This document shows positions 25,305-37,210 of a stretch of 56,599 nt of DNA, one piece after another. This stretch comes from Octopus bimaculoides (lineage: Eukaryota): assembly GCF_001194135.2 (NCBI RefSeq), contig NC_068982.1, forward strand, positions 53,130,940-53,187,538. Direction: 5' to 3'. The first letter of the stretch is position 1. Each line of letters opens with the position of its first letter. The notes below the pieces were generated by a model. It ran no database searches. It saw nothing but the letters and a program-made list of their open reading frames with translations, and had not been told where the DNA came from. Both the position numbers and the translations under genes were made by a program.

Positions 25305-25860
25305 GAGAATTTACGGAAAAAAACAACAGACGAAGACGGGTGGTATAAACAACAAATGGATGTATTAGTTTAACGCTCAGGAATAGAGAAAGTCTTTGAC
25401 GTTTCGAGCCTACGCTCTTCAACTGAAAAGAACACAGAAAGAAATAAGGAGAGAAACAAGGAGAAAATATATATAAATGTACTGGTCAGCGATCTATCAT
25501 GGCGAAATGCATATTTCTCCCAGCGTTCACTGTTTTCCTCTCGTTCTGGTCTAATGACCTTTCATGTTTGTTTTCGTTCGGTTTCCTTCTATGTCTCTAC
25601 TGTCCTATTTTTGTTCTCAACTTTGACCCTCCATGAATCCAAAATTTTATTTTAGAATTTATGGGACCAACTGTCTTTGAAGACTCATATTGTCGTTGAA
25701 TGCTCGAAATGAGGAGTAGATAGACAGCCGACAACTGATGAAGGGTCGTTTCTCTATGTTTACTTGTCCTGTTTTCCATTTTTCTCTCGTTGTTTATGTA
25801 TTTAACTCGTTAGTCTATGTATTTCATGTTGTTTACGCAGTTAGGGACGTCCTGTGTCCA
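25300..25860. mobile_element. Penelope-like terminal sequences
   Basis: Minus-strand TTGAAGAGCGTAGGCTCGAAACGTCAAAGAC at about 25385-25415; plus-strand CAACTGATGAAGGG near 25735. Confidence 0.45.
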
Positions 25861-25864
25861 TATA

Positions 25865-25932
<68 letters not shown>

Positions 25933-25935
<3 letters not shown>

Positions 25936-26100
25936 GACAGGCTTGTTTCAGTTTCCTTCTACCAAATTCACTTACAAGGCTTTGGTTGACCCGAGGCTAA
26001 AGTAGAAGGCATTTGCCCAAGGTGCCTCGTAATGAGACTGAACCCGGAACCATGTCGTTGGGAAGCAAGGCTCTTACCACACAGTCACGCCTGCGCCTAC
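25933..26100 (-). mobile_element. SINE family 1, 5' half
   Basis: Reverse complement of the family-1 head. Confidence 0.8.
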
Positions 26101-26394
26101 CAAATCACATAAATTTATAAATCTTATGTTAAAACCTTATTGAGATTTTTCAACATGTACTCTGTCTTCCTACAAATTTCAAATGATTCCTTAGCGTTGC
26201 GAAACACATTTTGAAGCATTTTAGGTGTTATCTCCTGCATTGCTAACTGAATGCATTTTTAAAGTCAAACTATTGCTCCATCCTGATGATGGAAGTAGAG
26301 AAAATGATTGTAGCCAAATTGAAAGCGGTATCCAACATGAATAAATATAAAATTATAGAAAGAATTATAAAAATAATGAAATTATAAACAAAAT

Positions 26395-26639
26395 AGGCGC
26401 AGGAGTGGCTGTGTGGTAAGTAGCTTGCTTACCAACCACATGGTTCCGGGTTCAGTCCCACTGCGTGGCACCTTAGGCAAGTGTCTTCTACTATAGCCTC
26501 GGGCCGACCAAAGCCTTGTGAGTGGATTTGGTAGACGGAAACTGAAAGAAGCCCGTCGTCCAGATATGCACCTATATATACAGGTAGACGTAGGTATGCA
26601 CATACCTGTACGTAAATATGCATATACTCATTTATTATT

Positions 26640-26698
<59 letters not shown>

Positions 26699-26926
26699 GT
26701 GTGTGTGTGTGTGTGTGTGCGTGTGTGTATATGTTTGTGTGTCTGTGTTTGTCCCCCAGCGTCGCTTGACAACCGATGCTGGTGTGTTTACGTCCCCGTA
26801 ACATAGCGGTTCGGCAAAATAGACCGATAGAATAAGTCCTGGGGTCGATTTGCTCGACTAAAAGGCGGTGCTCCAGCATGGCCGCAGTCAAATGACTGAA
26901 ACATGTAAAAGAGTAAAAGAGTAAAA
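26395..26926 (+). mobile_element. SINE family 1, full length with internal (AT)n(GT)n
   Basis: Head, body and tail intact; used here as the family reference. Confidence 0.9.
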
Positions 26927-27283
26927 TTAAAAATTTATTTACTTTTAACACATGTTACAAATGATAAACAGCAACAAAAATGAGTTTTAAAAAATTGTCC
27001 GATTTCACTGAAATAGTCAATTCTGAGACATCCTATATTTTAAAGGACTGTGAAAAAATTTTGCTTTAGATGTATTCAATGCAAAAAGCAGTTAGGTTTC
27101 TTTCTGTAATGTTTTACATAGTTCAACATGTTTCTGGCAACTGATACATGTTCGCTTAGAGAATTCTATTGCAAACCTATATAAGTTGAGAAGTATCTAT
27201 ATACGTTGAGAAGTATCTATATATAACTAGCTTTTGAACACTAAATGGCTATGGGGGTCCACCAGATGTCCACCAGAATAAAA

Positions 27284-27800
27284 TACAGCAATGCCTCGGT
27301 ATGCGAGTTAATTTGTTCCTGGAGGCTACTCGTAAAGTGCAAACTCGTAAACCAGAGCAATAATTTCCCATAATAGCAATCATAATTCGTTCCCAGAAAA
27401 TATTTTACCTATAAAATTTATAATACTTGTAAATAAATGGCAATGAAACAACAGTAGAATTTTAAGAATATTTCATGTAAAGTAAAAAGAATGTCAAAAT
27501 CATTTATAATAAAAAATATTATTGTTATTATAATTGCTTTCTGAATCACTTTCACTCGCAATAGACTCGTGCACACCATCACTTGTAGACACGATCGTCG
27601 ATTCACAAGCACCCGTAGACAGACCGTTGCTTAGAAGGAGCTTTTTTTTTTTTTCTTCGCTCTCTATAAATTTCTCGGTAACATGCAGAAGCATATGATA
27701 TGGTAGTAGAAACTTTTGCGCTTCGTTCAAAATTTGGATATTGTGCTCGTAAAATAAAGCTCGTAAACCCAGGATCTCGTAAAGTGAGTCCAAGTAAAGT
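27284..27800. mobile_element. Tigger/pogo-like MITE
   Basis: Starts TA-CAGCAATGCCTCGGTATGCGAG; repeated CTCGTAAA subterminal motifs at both ends. Confidence 0.55.
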
Positions 27801-28137
27801 GACGTAGATGAAAAAATGGCCGAGAACCATTGCTATAAGCTTTCAAACTGCCTGTGATGGTGAATGATGTTAAAATGTCTTATTTTATTTATGTTTTCTT
27901 TTCTTTTTTCCTTTTTTTCACCACTCCCTTTCTGTCTACCTGCAGGCTGACTTGCTTGACGGCTGCTTGTCGGCTGCCTTGTCTGGCAGGCTTTATAACA
28001 GTGATCATCCGATCCCTTTATTTATTTATATTTTCAAATCCCTCTTAAGTTATTACATGCTTAGTGTTGTAATTTAATTCTCAAAAAACCTTTCTTTCTT
28101 TCTTCCTTCCTTCCTTCCTTCCTTTCTTCCTTTCTTC

Positions 28138-28187
<50 letters not shown>

Positions 28188-28597
28188 CTCCTTCCTTTGT
28201 ATTTTCTTTGTTTCCTCGTTTAAAATCTTTATTTCTCTGTGTTTTTTCTCCTTTATATTTTCTCAATTTTAATAAACCCCACCACCTCTCAAACATTAAA
28301 AAAAAAAGTCTCGGGAAATGCCACTGACTTCGTTCTAAGATGTACGAGTGTTATCAATACTTTTATGCTGTCAGGCCCCAACACTTTCCTTCTTCCAAAT
28401 TTCTTTATCGACTCTGTCCTATCTCTGCCATCTGTTGCATCAAGCGGCCGTTTGAAGACGCGCGTTAAATTTAATACCGCATGAAACTGTATATGGCAGG
28501 ATCGACAATATGATTGGAGGAATAAACATTTTGTTTTCCTTTTTTTCTAAGTTTTCAAGGTTTACTGGTGACTCCCTGGGTTATATACTCTCTCTCT

Positions 28598-28838
28598 CTT
28601 TACTCTTTTACTTGTTTCAGTCATTTGACTGCGGCCATGCTGGAGACCGCCTTTAGTCGAGCAAATCGACCCCAGGACTTATTCTTNNNNNNNNNNACTA
28701 CGGGCTTCTTTCAGTTTCCGTCTTCCAAATCCACTCACAAGGCTTTGGTCGGCCCGAGGCTATTGTAGAAGACACTTGACCAAAGTGCTACCATTTGGTT
28801 GGCAAGCAAGCTACTTACCACACAGCCACTCCTGCGCC
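28598..28838 (-). mobile_element. SINE family 1 (collapsed across a 10-N gap)
   Basis: Reverse complement of both the tail and the head of family 1. Confidence 0.8.
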
Positions 28839-29304
28839 TATAATGTAAAACATTAAAAAATTCTTCTGTACTTGGATTGAAAGTTATTTATATTCTTCTA
28901 CATTTTACTTATTTCAAGCATTGGACTGTGGCTACGGTGGAGCGCTACCATTAGAGAGTTAGTTGAACGAATCGTCCCCATTACTTAATCACTCGGTTAT
29001 TTTTGCAAGGCCACTATGTAACGAGGATGTAAATAAGCCAACACCTGCTGTCAATCAGCAGGTGTGTGGGGGAGGGGTTGACAAGCACAAAGACGCACGC
29101 ACACACACAAGCACTCATACGCACGCATATCTGTATAAACACGAAAGGCTTCCCCGCAGCTTTCGTCAAACAAATTCACTCACAATGTATTGCTCGGCCC
29201 AAGACACCGTATAGTAGGACTGAACCTGTAAGTATGGGGTTACGAAGTGAGCATCATAACCACGTAGCCATGCCCGCATACTCTTACTTTTATTTTAGTG
29301 TACA

Positions 29305-29316
29305 TGCATACATACA

Positions 29317-29350
<34 letters not shown>

Positions 29351-29355
29351 CATAT

Positions 29356-29386
<31 letters not shown>

Positions 29387-29396
29387 CATACATACA

Positions 29397-29430
<34 letters not shown>

Positions 29431-29770
29431 CATACATACATACATATATACATACATACATGCACATACATAAAGCATATACGCATACATAATTACATAC
29501 TTATACGCACATACATAAATACACTCGTACACATACATACATAATTACATATATACACACACACATACATATATGTATACAAACATTTAATATACTTTAT
29601 AGTATAAATACATGCATACATTCGTACACATACATACATGCATATATACATACACGCATACATATGTACGTACATATATAAACAGACATGCATACATAAT
29701 TACATACATACACATATATACATTCGTACACATATATACATTCGTACACATATATACATACATAATTACA
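29305..29770. repeat. (ATAC)n microsatellite field
   Basis: Direct reading. Confidence 0.9.
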
Positions 29771-30019
29771 AATGACTTGTAGGCACGTGTTATGCATAAT
29801 ATATTATAAAGTATATTAAATGGTTTTAATGAGGGAACACCACGTTCTACTGCGTTAGCAGTGCTCTTTGCATTACTTTGTTCAGGTTATTCCTACAGAA
29901 ATTATCGAGATGTCAGACGTAAACAAACAATGAAATCGGAAACAAAAATGGGTAATGAGTGAATATGCCATATTTCGGGGGCTTTTGTTTATATATCCAC
30001 CGCATACAGCGGTGTTAAT

Positions 30020-30438
30020 ACGACAAGACTTGTCAACCATCAGTTAAGACAAATAAGCAAATACAATCATTCATCAACAGGTGCTTGCGTAGTATACTTA
30101 AAATCAGATGGCCCGAACGCATAAGCAATATGGAGTTATGGCAAAGAACGAATCAAGTTTCGATTAGGGAGCAAATATTTAAGAAAAAGTGGAAGTGGAT
30201 TGGTAGCACAATTAAAAAGGACACACCAAATGTAGCGAAAAGTGCTTTACAGTGGAATCCGGATGGATATAGAAAGAGGGGTAGGCCTAAGAACTTGTCG
30301 CGTAGATCAACACAAAAGGAACTAGAGAAACGGGGACATTCATGGCAGAGTATAAGTACAGAAGCGAAAAATTATGCGACATGGAATTCAATTATAAGTG
30401 GCCTATACTCCGCGTTGAAGGGTTAAAGGCAAGAAAGA
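30020..30438 (+). mobile_element. 5'-truncated RTE-clade LINE
   Basis: RCLRSILKIRWPERISNMELWQRTNQ...KWKWIG...ALQWNPDGYRKRGRPK matches the RTE C-terminus; perfect 16-bp TSD ATACAGCGGTGTTAAT (30004-30019, 30439-30454). Confidence 0.9.
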
Positions 30439-30761
30439 ATACAGCGGTGTTAATTTATTGGATATACTAATTTACTTATTAAACGCATTCCTAATGCTGG
30501 CATGTAAATATTAATGACTTGTAGGCACGGCTGACTATAACATCTGTAGAAATAACCTTAACAAAGTAATGTAAAGAGCACTGCTAACGCAGTAGAACGT
30601 GGTGTTCACTCATAAAAGCATTTAATATACTTTATAGTATATAACGGTTGCGTAACGAAATACCACGTGCCTGCAAGTCATTAACGCAAATTGGTATATC
30701 CAATAACTTAACACCGCTGCATGCGGTGGTTATATAAGTAATATATTCGGAGACAAGAGTG

Positions 30762-30820
30762 GGTTAGATGGGTGCTGATGAAGGAGCAAATTCCCCGAAA
30801 TATGGCATTTAAGACCTATT
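30762..30820 (+). ncRNA. Type I hammerhead ribozyme relic
   Basis: ATGGGTG-CTGATGA (30775-30781)-AGGAGCAAATTCCCC-GAAA (30797-30800)-TATGGCAT. The 3' strand of stem I is degraded here but intact in the sister copy (29948-29982, minus). Confidence 0.6.
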
Positions 30821-31992
30821 TTTCTCTGCGATCTCATTGTTTGTTTACATCTGACGTCTCGATACGAAACGTTGTAGCAAAAAAATCATTGCTGGCTATA
30901 ATTTCTGTAGAAATAATTACATACATTCACACACATACATACATATCTATATGAAAATGTATTGTTTTCGTTGTTATTTCTTGTTATCTCTTTCTTTACA
31001 ATAACAATTATGGATGCTGTTCCTTATCACTTGCGTGTTTTTAAGACGAAGTCAAATATTCATTCACACACTCACCAATCATAGTCACCCGTAGATGCTT
31101 CTTGCCCTATTCTCTCTCTCCCATACTCTTAAGCAGTCAACAGATGTTGCTTGACAAGCTCTTCTCTCTTGCTCAAACTTTGTATTCTTTTGTTTCTTGT
31201 ATTTAATTATTTTTCTCTTCTAAAAATAATATGAGCATATGTTAGAAGGGAGAAATTTCCTTATCTTCATGTTCCATCTTTTCCAGTAAATCCACCTGCT
31301 CCATCAAATCTACATATTCATCCATTTTTAGAAAACAGCCAACAATGCCGTTGTCATGCGATTAAAAAATTATCAGTTAGTGTTCAATTCGCATTAACGT
31401 GTTTGCTTTAAAGAGTCTATATATTCTAAAAGAAAAAGGATGTTAATATTAAAGAAAAACGTATTGCTGGTACTACTGCCTTTCTACAGTGCATTTCATA
31501 AAGGGTACGCATGTCCCACCATATTTTATTATACATGCATACATATATACATGCATACATATATACATGCATGCACGTATGTATGTATGTACGTATGTAT
31601 GTATGTATTTATTTATGTATGTATGTATGTATGTATGTATGTATGTATGTATGCATGCTTGTATGTATGTTATGTGCTGTGTGCTTAACCCCAGGTCAAC
31701 ACGATTCCAATCATGCTCTATCCGTCTTTTTCCGTATCATGTTATTCAGTGTTCTTTTCAAAAACATTATGATGGTATTTAATGGTGACTTCATACTTTT
31801 GACCTGTATGTAGTTATTCTGTCCTCTGTATTACCACAAAAGTTTCTGACAGCTAGTCCCAGCACTTCATACCTAAGCTGATGTAATTTCAGAAACCTTT
31901 TCACAGAATCAGTTGGATTCCATACTTTCTTCAGATTCTCAACTAGAAAGATTGTCATCGCCACAACACAGCACAATATTTCAGCCTGGTAT

Positions 31993-32181
31993 AAGGCGGT
32001 GAGCTGGCAGAATCGTTAGCACGCCGGACAAAATGCTTAGCAATATTACGTCTGTCTTTATGTTGTATGTTCAAATTCCGCGTAGGTCAACTTTGCCTTT
32101 CACACTTTCGGGGTCGATGAAATTAGTACCAATTGAGCACTCTGGTCGATATAATCAACTCCCAACCCCCAAATTTGAAAT
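31993..32181 (+). mobile_element. SINE family 2 with TSD
   Basis: AAGGCGGTGAGCTGGCAGAATCG head; CAATATTTCAG repeated at 31974-31984 and 32182-32192. Confidence 0.85.
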
Positions 32182-34141
32182 CAATATTTCAGTCCGCTAC
32201 TTCTTGTTTTCTTTTGCGCTTATTTTTCCTTTCAGCGGGAGAAGATTCTTTACATAGAAAATTCAGATTCAGCAAAGAATACCCGCAGTCTGGATTTTGT
32301 TAATGAGTTTTCATTTTCTTCTGCTTTTTCTCTGTCATTAAAGTTATGTTGACATCGGTTTGACATCTAAGCACAATAAAAGTAATAAAATGCACCCCTT
32401 GATGGACTGTGCAATCGTCACTTAGTCAAATGCTGTTCGCCATTGTCGTGGATTGAGTAAAACATTAAAGTTTTGAGATAACGACAATTCCCATTCAGTT
32501 TACCTTAACTGGTTGACAACGGAGACAAGATTCTGGCTTGGATTCAGAGACATTTTTGTTTTTACATATAACTAACTTTAACAAAAGAACGCATGCATTT
32601 TCTCGGTGAGAAACCACACGGTTGAGTCTAGATGATATAATGGCATTTCACAGCCCATGTCCAAAGTATTAGCTCCGAGAGGTGGGATATAATGACGCAT
32701 CACCTTCACTATCTGGCTGCGATATGTGAGAGATTTTATTGCAGATGAAATTAAGAGAATGGATGGTTCTATGGAAAGGAGAAACACTGGTTTCTTCATT
32801 ATTTGCTTTTATGTATTTCATTCAAGAAGCCAAGAAAACAATGAAATGTATTATGATTTCAAAAATGCAGTAATGTTTTTGTCTTGATTTTTTTGAAACC
32901 ATACTCGTCAGGAATACGAAACTACCGAATTTTCTGAGACGTACTGAATCTTTTGTGTGAGAATGTAATCAGAAAAGAAGTCAGAACTAAAAAAAATAGT
33001 GTAAAAATATGGTTATTCAGCCTAGAATATGGTGATCAATCATTCTCAAGAAGGCTTTTAATTTTAAAACTTTTCATTAAACTAAGAGGATCAGAGTGAT
33101 TTTAATCATTATTCATCCTTATGGAAGGCTCCCCATCGCGAAAAAGCCCTAGATATTCTTGTTCCTAATTACATCTGCTAATGATTGTATTTGAAATTAC
33201 ACACTTGGGTTAGGTTTACACCATTACATCGTGCATAATATCTAACTTAATAGATTCCATTGGTCGCCAAGATGACAAAACAGAAGGCTTTGAAAATATA
33301 CAAAATCAAATATATAAAGTCCTATGTATCAGATGTACATTCAAGACAGAAAAAAAAAAAAAAAAAAAAAANNNNNNNNNNNNNNNNNNNNNNNNNNNNN
33401 NNNNNNNNNNNNNNNNNNNNNNNNNNNNNNNNNNNNNNNNNNNNNNNNNNNNNNNNNNNNNNNNNNNNNNNNNNNNNNNNNNNNNNNNNNNNNNNNNNNN
33501 NNNNNNNNNNNNNNNNNNNNNNNNNNNNNNNNNNNNNNNNNNNNNNNNNNNNNNNNNNNNNNNNNNNNNNNNNNNNNNNNNNNNNNNNNNNNNNNNNNNN
33601 NNNNNNNNNNNNNNNNNNNNNNNNNNNNNNNNNNNNNNNNNNNNNNNNNNNNNNNNNNNNNNNNNNNNNNNNNNNNNNNNNNNNNNNNNNNNNNNNNNNN
33701 NNNNNNNNNNNNNNNNNNNNNNNNNNNNNNNNNNNNNNTGTGTGTGTGTGTGTGTGTGTGTGTATGTACAGAGAGACAGAGACAGAGAGAGAGAGGAACT
33801 CTAACGTGTTGAATGGCAGTTGTTTTTAAAATAAAACTACAATAAAAACAAACGGACTTTTCTCCTTGGTACGAAAATGATGTAAGGCGAGCGAGATAGA
33901 TGAAGTCTATTTTATTAGTTATTGTGGTCAATACAAAACTAGTTTCACGATTAATGTACGAACTAAATAAATCAATTTTAAAAAAATTAACTTAATTTAG
34001 AAACAAATTTTTCGGTCTTCAGTTGTATGTACCATATTTTAAGAAAAAATGTAATAACTATAAAATATATTTACCTTCATTTATCCACATCAATTCGTAA
34101 CCTAAGGTATTCAGTATATTGAAAAAAGTAAGAGAGGGAGA

Positions 34142-34238
34142 AGAAACATACTTCTTCATCCACATTCAAACACGCTTTCTAATCTGTCGCTTAGACATTA
34201 GAAAGCGTGTTCGAATGTGGATGAAGAAGTATATTTCT
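34142..34238. repeat. 97-nt near-perfect hairpin
   Basis: Arms 34142-34183 and 34197-34238 match 40/42; 13-nt loop; abuts an N gap. Confidence 0.9.
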
Positions 34239-34734
34239 NNNNNNNNNNNNNNNNNNNNNNNNNNNNNNNNNNNNNNNNNNNNNNNNNNNNNNNNNNNNNN
34301 NNNNNNNNNNNNNNNNNNNNNNNNNNNNNNNNNNNNNNNNNNNNNNNNNNNNNNNNNNNNNNNNNNNNNNNNNNNNNNNNNNNNNNNNNNNNNNNNNNNN
34401 NNNNNNNNNNNNNNNNNNNNNNNNNNNNNNNNNNNNNNNNNNNNNNNNNNNNNNNNNNNNNNNNNNNNNNNNNNNNNNNNNNNNNNNNNNNNNNNNNNNN
34501 NNNNNNNNNNNNNNNNNNNNNNNNNNNNNNNNNNNNNNNNNNNNNNNNNNNNNNNNNNNNNNNNNNNNNNNNNNNNNNNNNNNNNNNNNNNNNNNNNNNN
34601 NNNNNNNNNNNNNNNNNNNNNNNNNNNNNNNNNNNNNNNNNNNNNNNNNNNNNNNNNNNNNNNNNNNNNNNNNNNNNNNNNNNNNNNNNNNNNNNNNNNN
34701 NNNNNNNNNNNNNNNNNNNNNNNNNNNNNNNNNN

Positions 34735-34772
<38 letters not shown>

Positions 34773-36789
34773 GTAACCACATGTGAATCATTGGCGACTT
34801 TCTTCCTCCGTCTTCCTTTCTATTGGACTTTCCTCCGTTTCTGAAGAAGAGCGTTGCCTCGAAACATAAAACCATCTTTATTTCCTTCCCTGAGCATCTG
34901 CCAATACTTTACATGTACCACGTTCTCGTGTTGTTTTTTTTTTTTTTTGGTGTTTGTCCTTCTTTTTGGGGGATTTACGATATATATATATACTGGTCCT
35001 GTCAAATCGCTAGATGTTAAGGGTTCGCTCCTCTGCTCGCAATATATTGGACACAGGTTGTGTCGTTAACCAGCTGGAGAATATATTCTCCTGGTGTTAA
35101 CATGCTTTAATTTCTCGAAAGCATATTGAATATATCAAACATACCAAAAATATATAGATATATAAAAATATATAGAGTAATCAATACATATAGAGTAATC
35201 AATACATACACTTTAAAAAAAAAGTAAGAGATGATTTTCAGGATAAAAATTGTTAAAAAAAGCTTCTACTCATGTAAATTGATTACTATTGTTTGAATAG
35301 TTCCAATTAAACAAGTCCAGAAGTTAGGTTAAATATATATACATGCATAAGTACTGTGAATTCCCATTCTACAAAATGGCAAACAATTTCATGAACACTT
35401 TACCGGACAACGCTGGGTAGTAAGTCTAGTAATAACTATAATTTCCTTTTGAATGGTGCAGAGTACAGTTAAAGGATTTAATTACCTACACTAGATGATC
35501 CATACTTATTTTATTGACCCTAGGAAGGTAAACGACCAAATTCAACCAGGCCATTATTTTGAACTTAAACTAGCTCAAATAAAATCCCGCAAGTCCAAGT
35601 CGTTTTGTCCTCTGGTCTCCGAAATCGGTCTTACTCTGCCAATCTGTTTAAATAACATCATCGGGACGTGTAAACCAAACATGATTATCATTATAGTTGT
35701 TGTTGTTGTTACTGTCATCGCCCGTATGGTTTAGTATCATGGCTATTGTCTCAGTTTCATTTGCCATTGCAACTAACGCCTTTTGTGTAATTTGTTATAA
35801 TCTTTATCAACGCTTTTGTCGTCTTCGACGTTACTATTGTTGTTATTATTAATATAAGACGTAGTAGCCTAACTATGGCTTTCCAAAATCAACATGTTTG
35901 CTTTTAGATATATTAATCACAACCGGAAGCTATTGAGGCGACGTTGGGAATTTGGGCAGGGTTTGCACTTATTGACTTAACTTCCATCGGCAGTTTTTTT
36001 TTTTCTCATCAGAACATTAACAGCATCNNNNNNNNNNNNNNNNNNNNNNNNNNNNNNNNNNNNNNNNNNNNNNNNNNNNNNNNNNNNNNNNNNNNNNNNN
36101 NNNNNNNNNNNNNNNNNNNNNNNNNNNNNNNNNNNNNNNNNNNNNNNNNNNNNNNNNNNNNNNNNNNNNNNNNNNNNNNNNNNNNNNNNNNNNNNNNNNN
36201 NNNNNNNNNNNNNNNNNNNNNNNNNNNNNNNNNNNNNNNNNNNCACGCACGCACACACACACACACATATTGATATATTTACATATTCACATACGCGCAC
36301 GCGCGCACGCACTCACACACAAACACACACACACATACATAGTCACAGATGTGTATGCATAATATGTTTGTGTGCGTGCGTGTATGTGTGCGTGAGGGTG
36401 TGCGTGCGGAAAAAATATGTTGATGTTTGGGAGTTTCTACATAAATCAGAACCGTTTATGATTTTATTTGATATCAAAATATCTTTTTGAATTCCAAACC
36501 TAAGTGCAAAGCTATTTATGAAGAATCTATGTTGCAAAGGCCAACACGTGCACAGACAAACAAGCATATCGTACAAGTAGATGGTAATATTGAAGAATTA
36601 AAAGGAAGATTACAGTCTGGTAGAGTACATTAAAGAGAATGAGATTAGCTAAGAGTCAGTTTTTGTGCGATAAGGGTGTAGACGACTGCATATAATATAT
36701 CATTAATATATTGCGGGTATTTATTTAATCATCAGTAGGATGTTGAGGCTAGCAGAAATTTTAGCCGAAAGCCATGTTAATCCGGCACT

Positions 36790-37210
36790 GGGCTGTATAA
36801 TGATTTTCTGGGTCGAATATTGGTTTCAAATCTTGGCACAAGAACAGTAACTTCGGGAGAGGGGGTGAGACGATTTCATCGACCCCGCTCTCTAGTACTC
36901 AACTGATATTTATTTTATCGACTCCGAAATGATGAAGGGTAAAGTCGACCTCGGTGGAATTTGAACTCAGAACGTAGAGGGACGAAATGCCACTAAGTGT
37001 GTTGCCCAGTAGGCTTACGATTCTGCCTGCTCAATGTCTGCTTTTTTTTTTCTTTGAATATTCGTTTCAGATTTTGACCATCAGGTTCGGAGGAGGAGGT
37101 AAGTCGATCACATTGACTCCAGAAAGTAAAAACGGATGAAATGCCGCTAAGCACTTTGTCCGGCGCGGTAACAATTCTGCCAGCTCGTCCACCGTATTTG
37201 ATTGAAGTGA
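36790..37210 (-). mobile_element. Cluster of SINE family 2 fragments
   Basis: Reverse complements of the GTCGACTTT...TTCATC core and of the GAGCTGGCAGAA head. Confidence 0.6.

Larger units (their letters stand above)
29771..30916. mobile_element. Inverted pair of circularly permuted ~360-nt units with a hammerhead motif (retrozyme/PLE-pLTR-like)
   Basis: Copy 1 (29771-30529) starts and ends with AATGACTTGTAGGCACG. Copy 2 (30530-30916) starts and ends with GCTG(A/G)CTATAA..TCTGTAGAAATAA (period 361). The two copies are reverse-complement homologues in different permutation. Confidence 0.75.

Noticed and set aside
26395-26470. tRNA-like heads with A/B boxes
   Set aside because: They are SINE heads joined to SINE bodies; no complete cloverleaf is evident.
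32578-32799. 73-aa minus ORF (also 55779-55970)
   Set aside because: Short, no motif, within chance expectation; the latter runs into a SINE.
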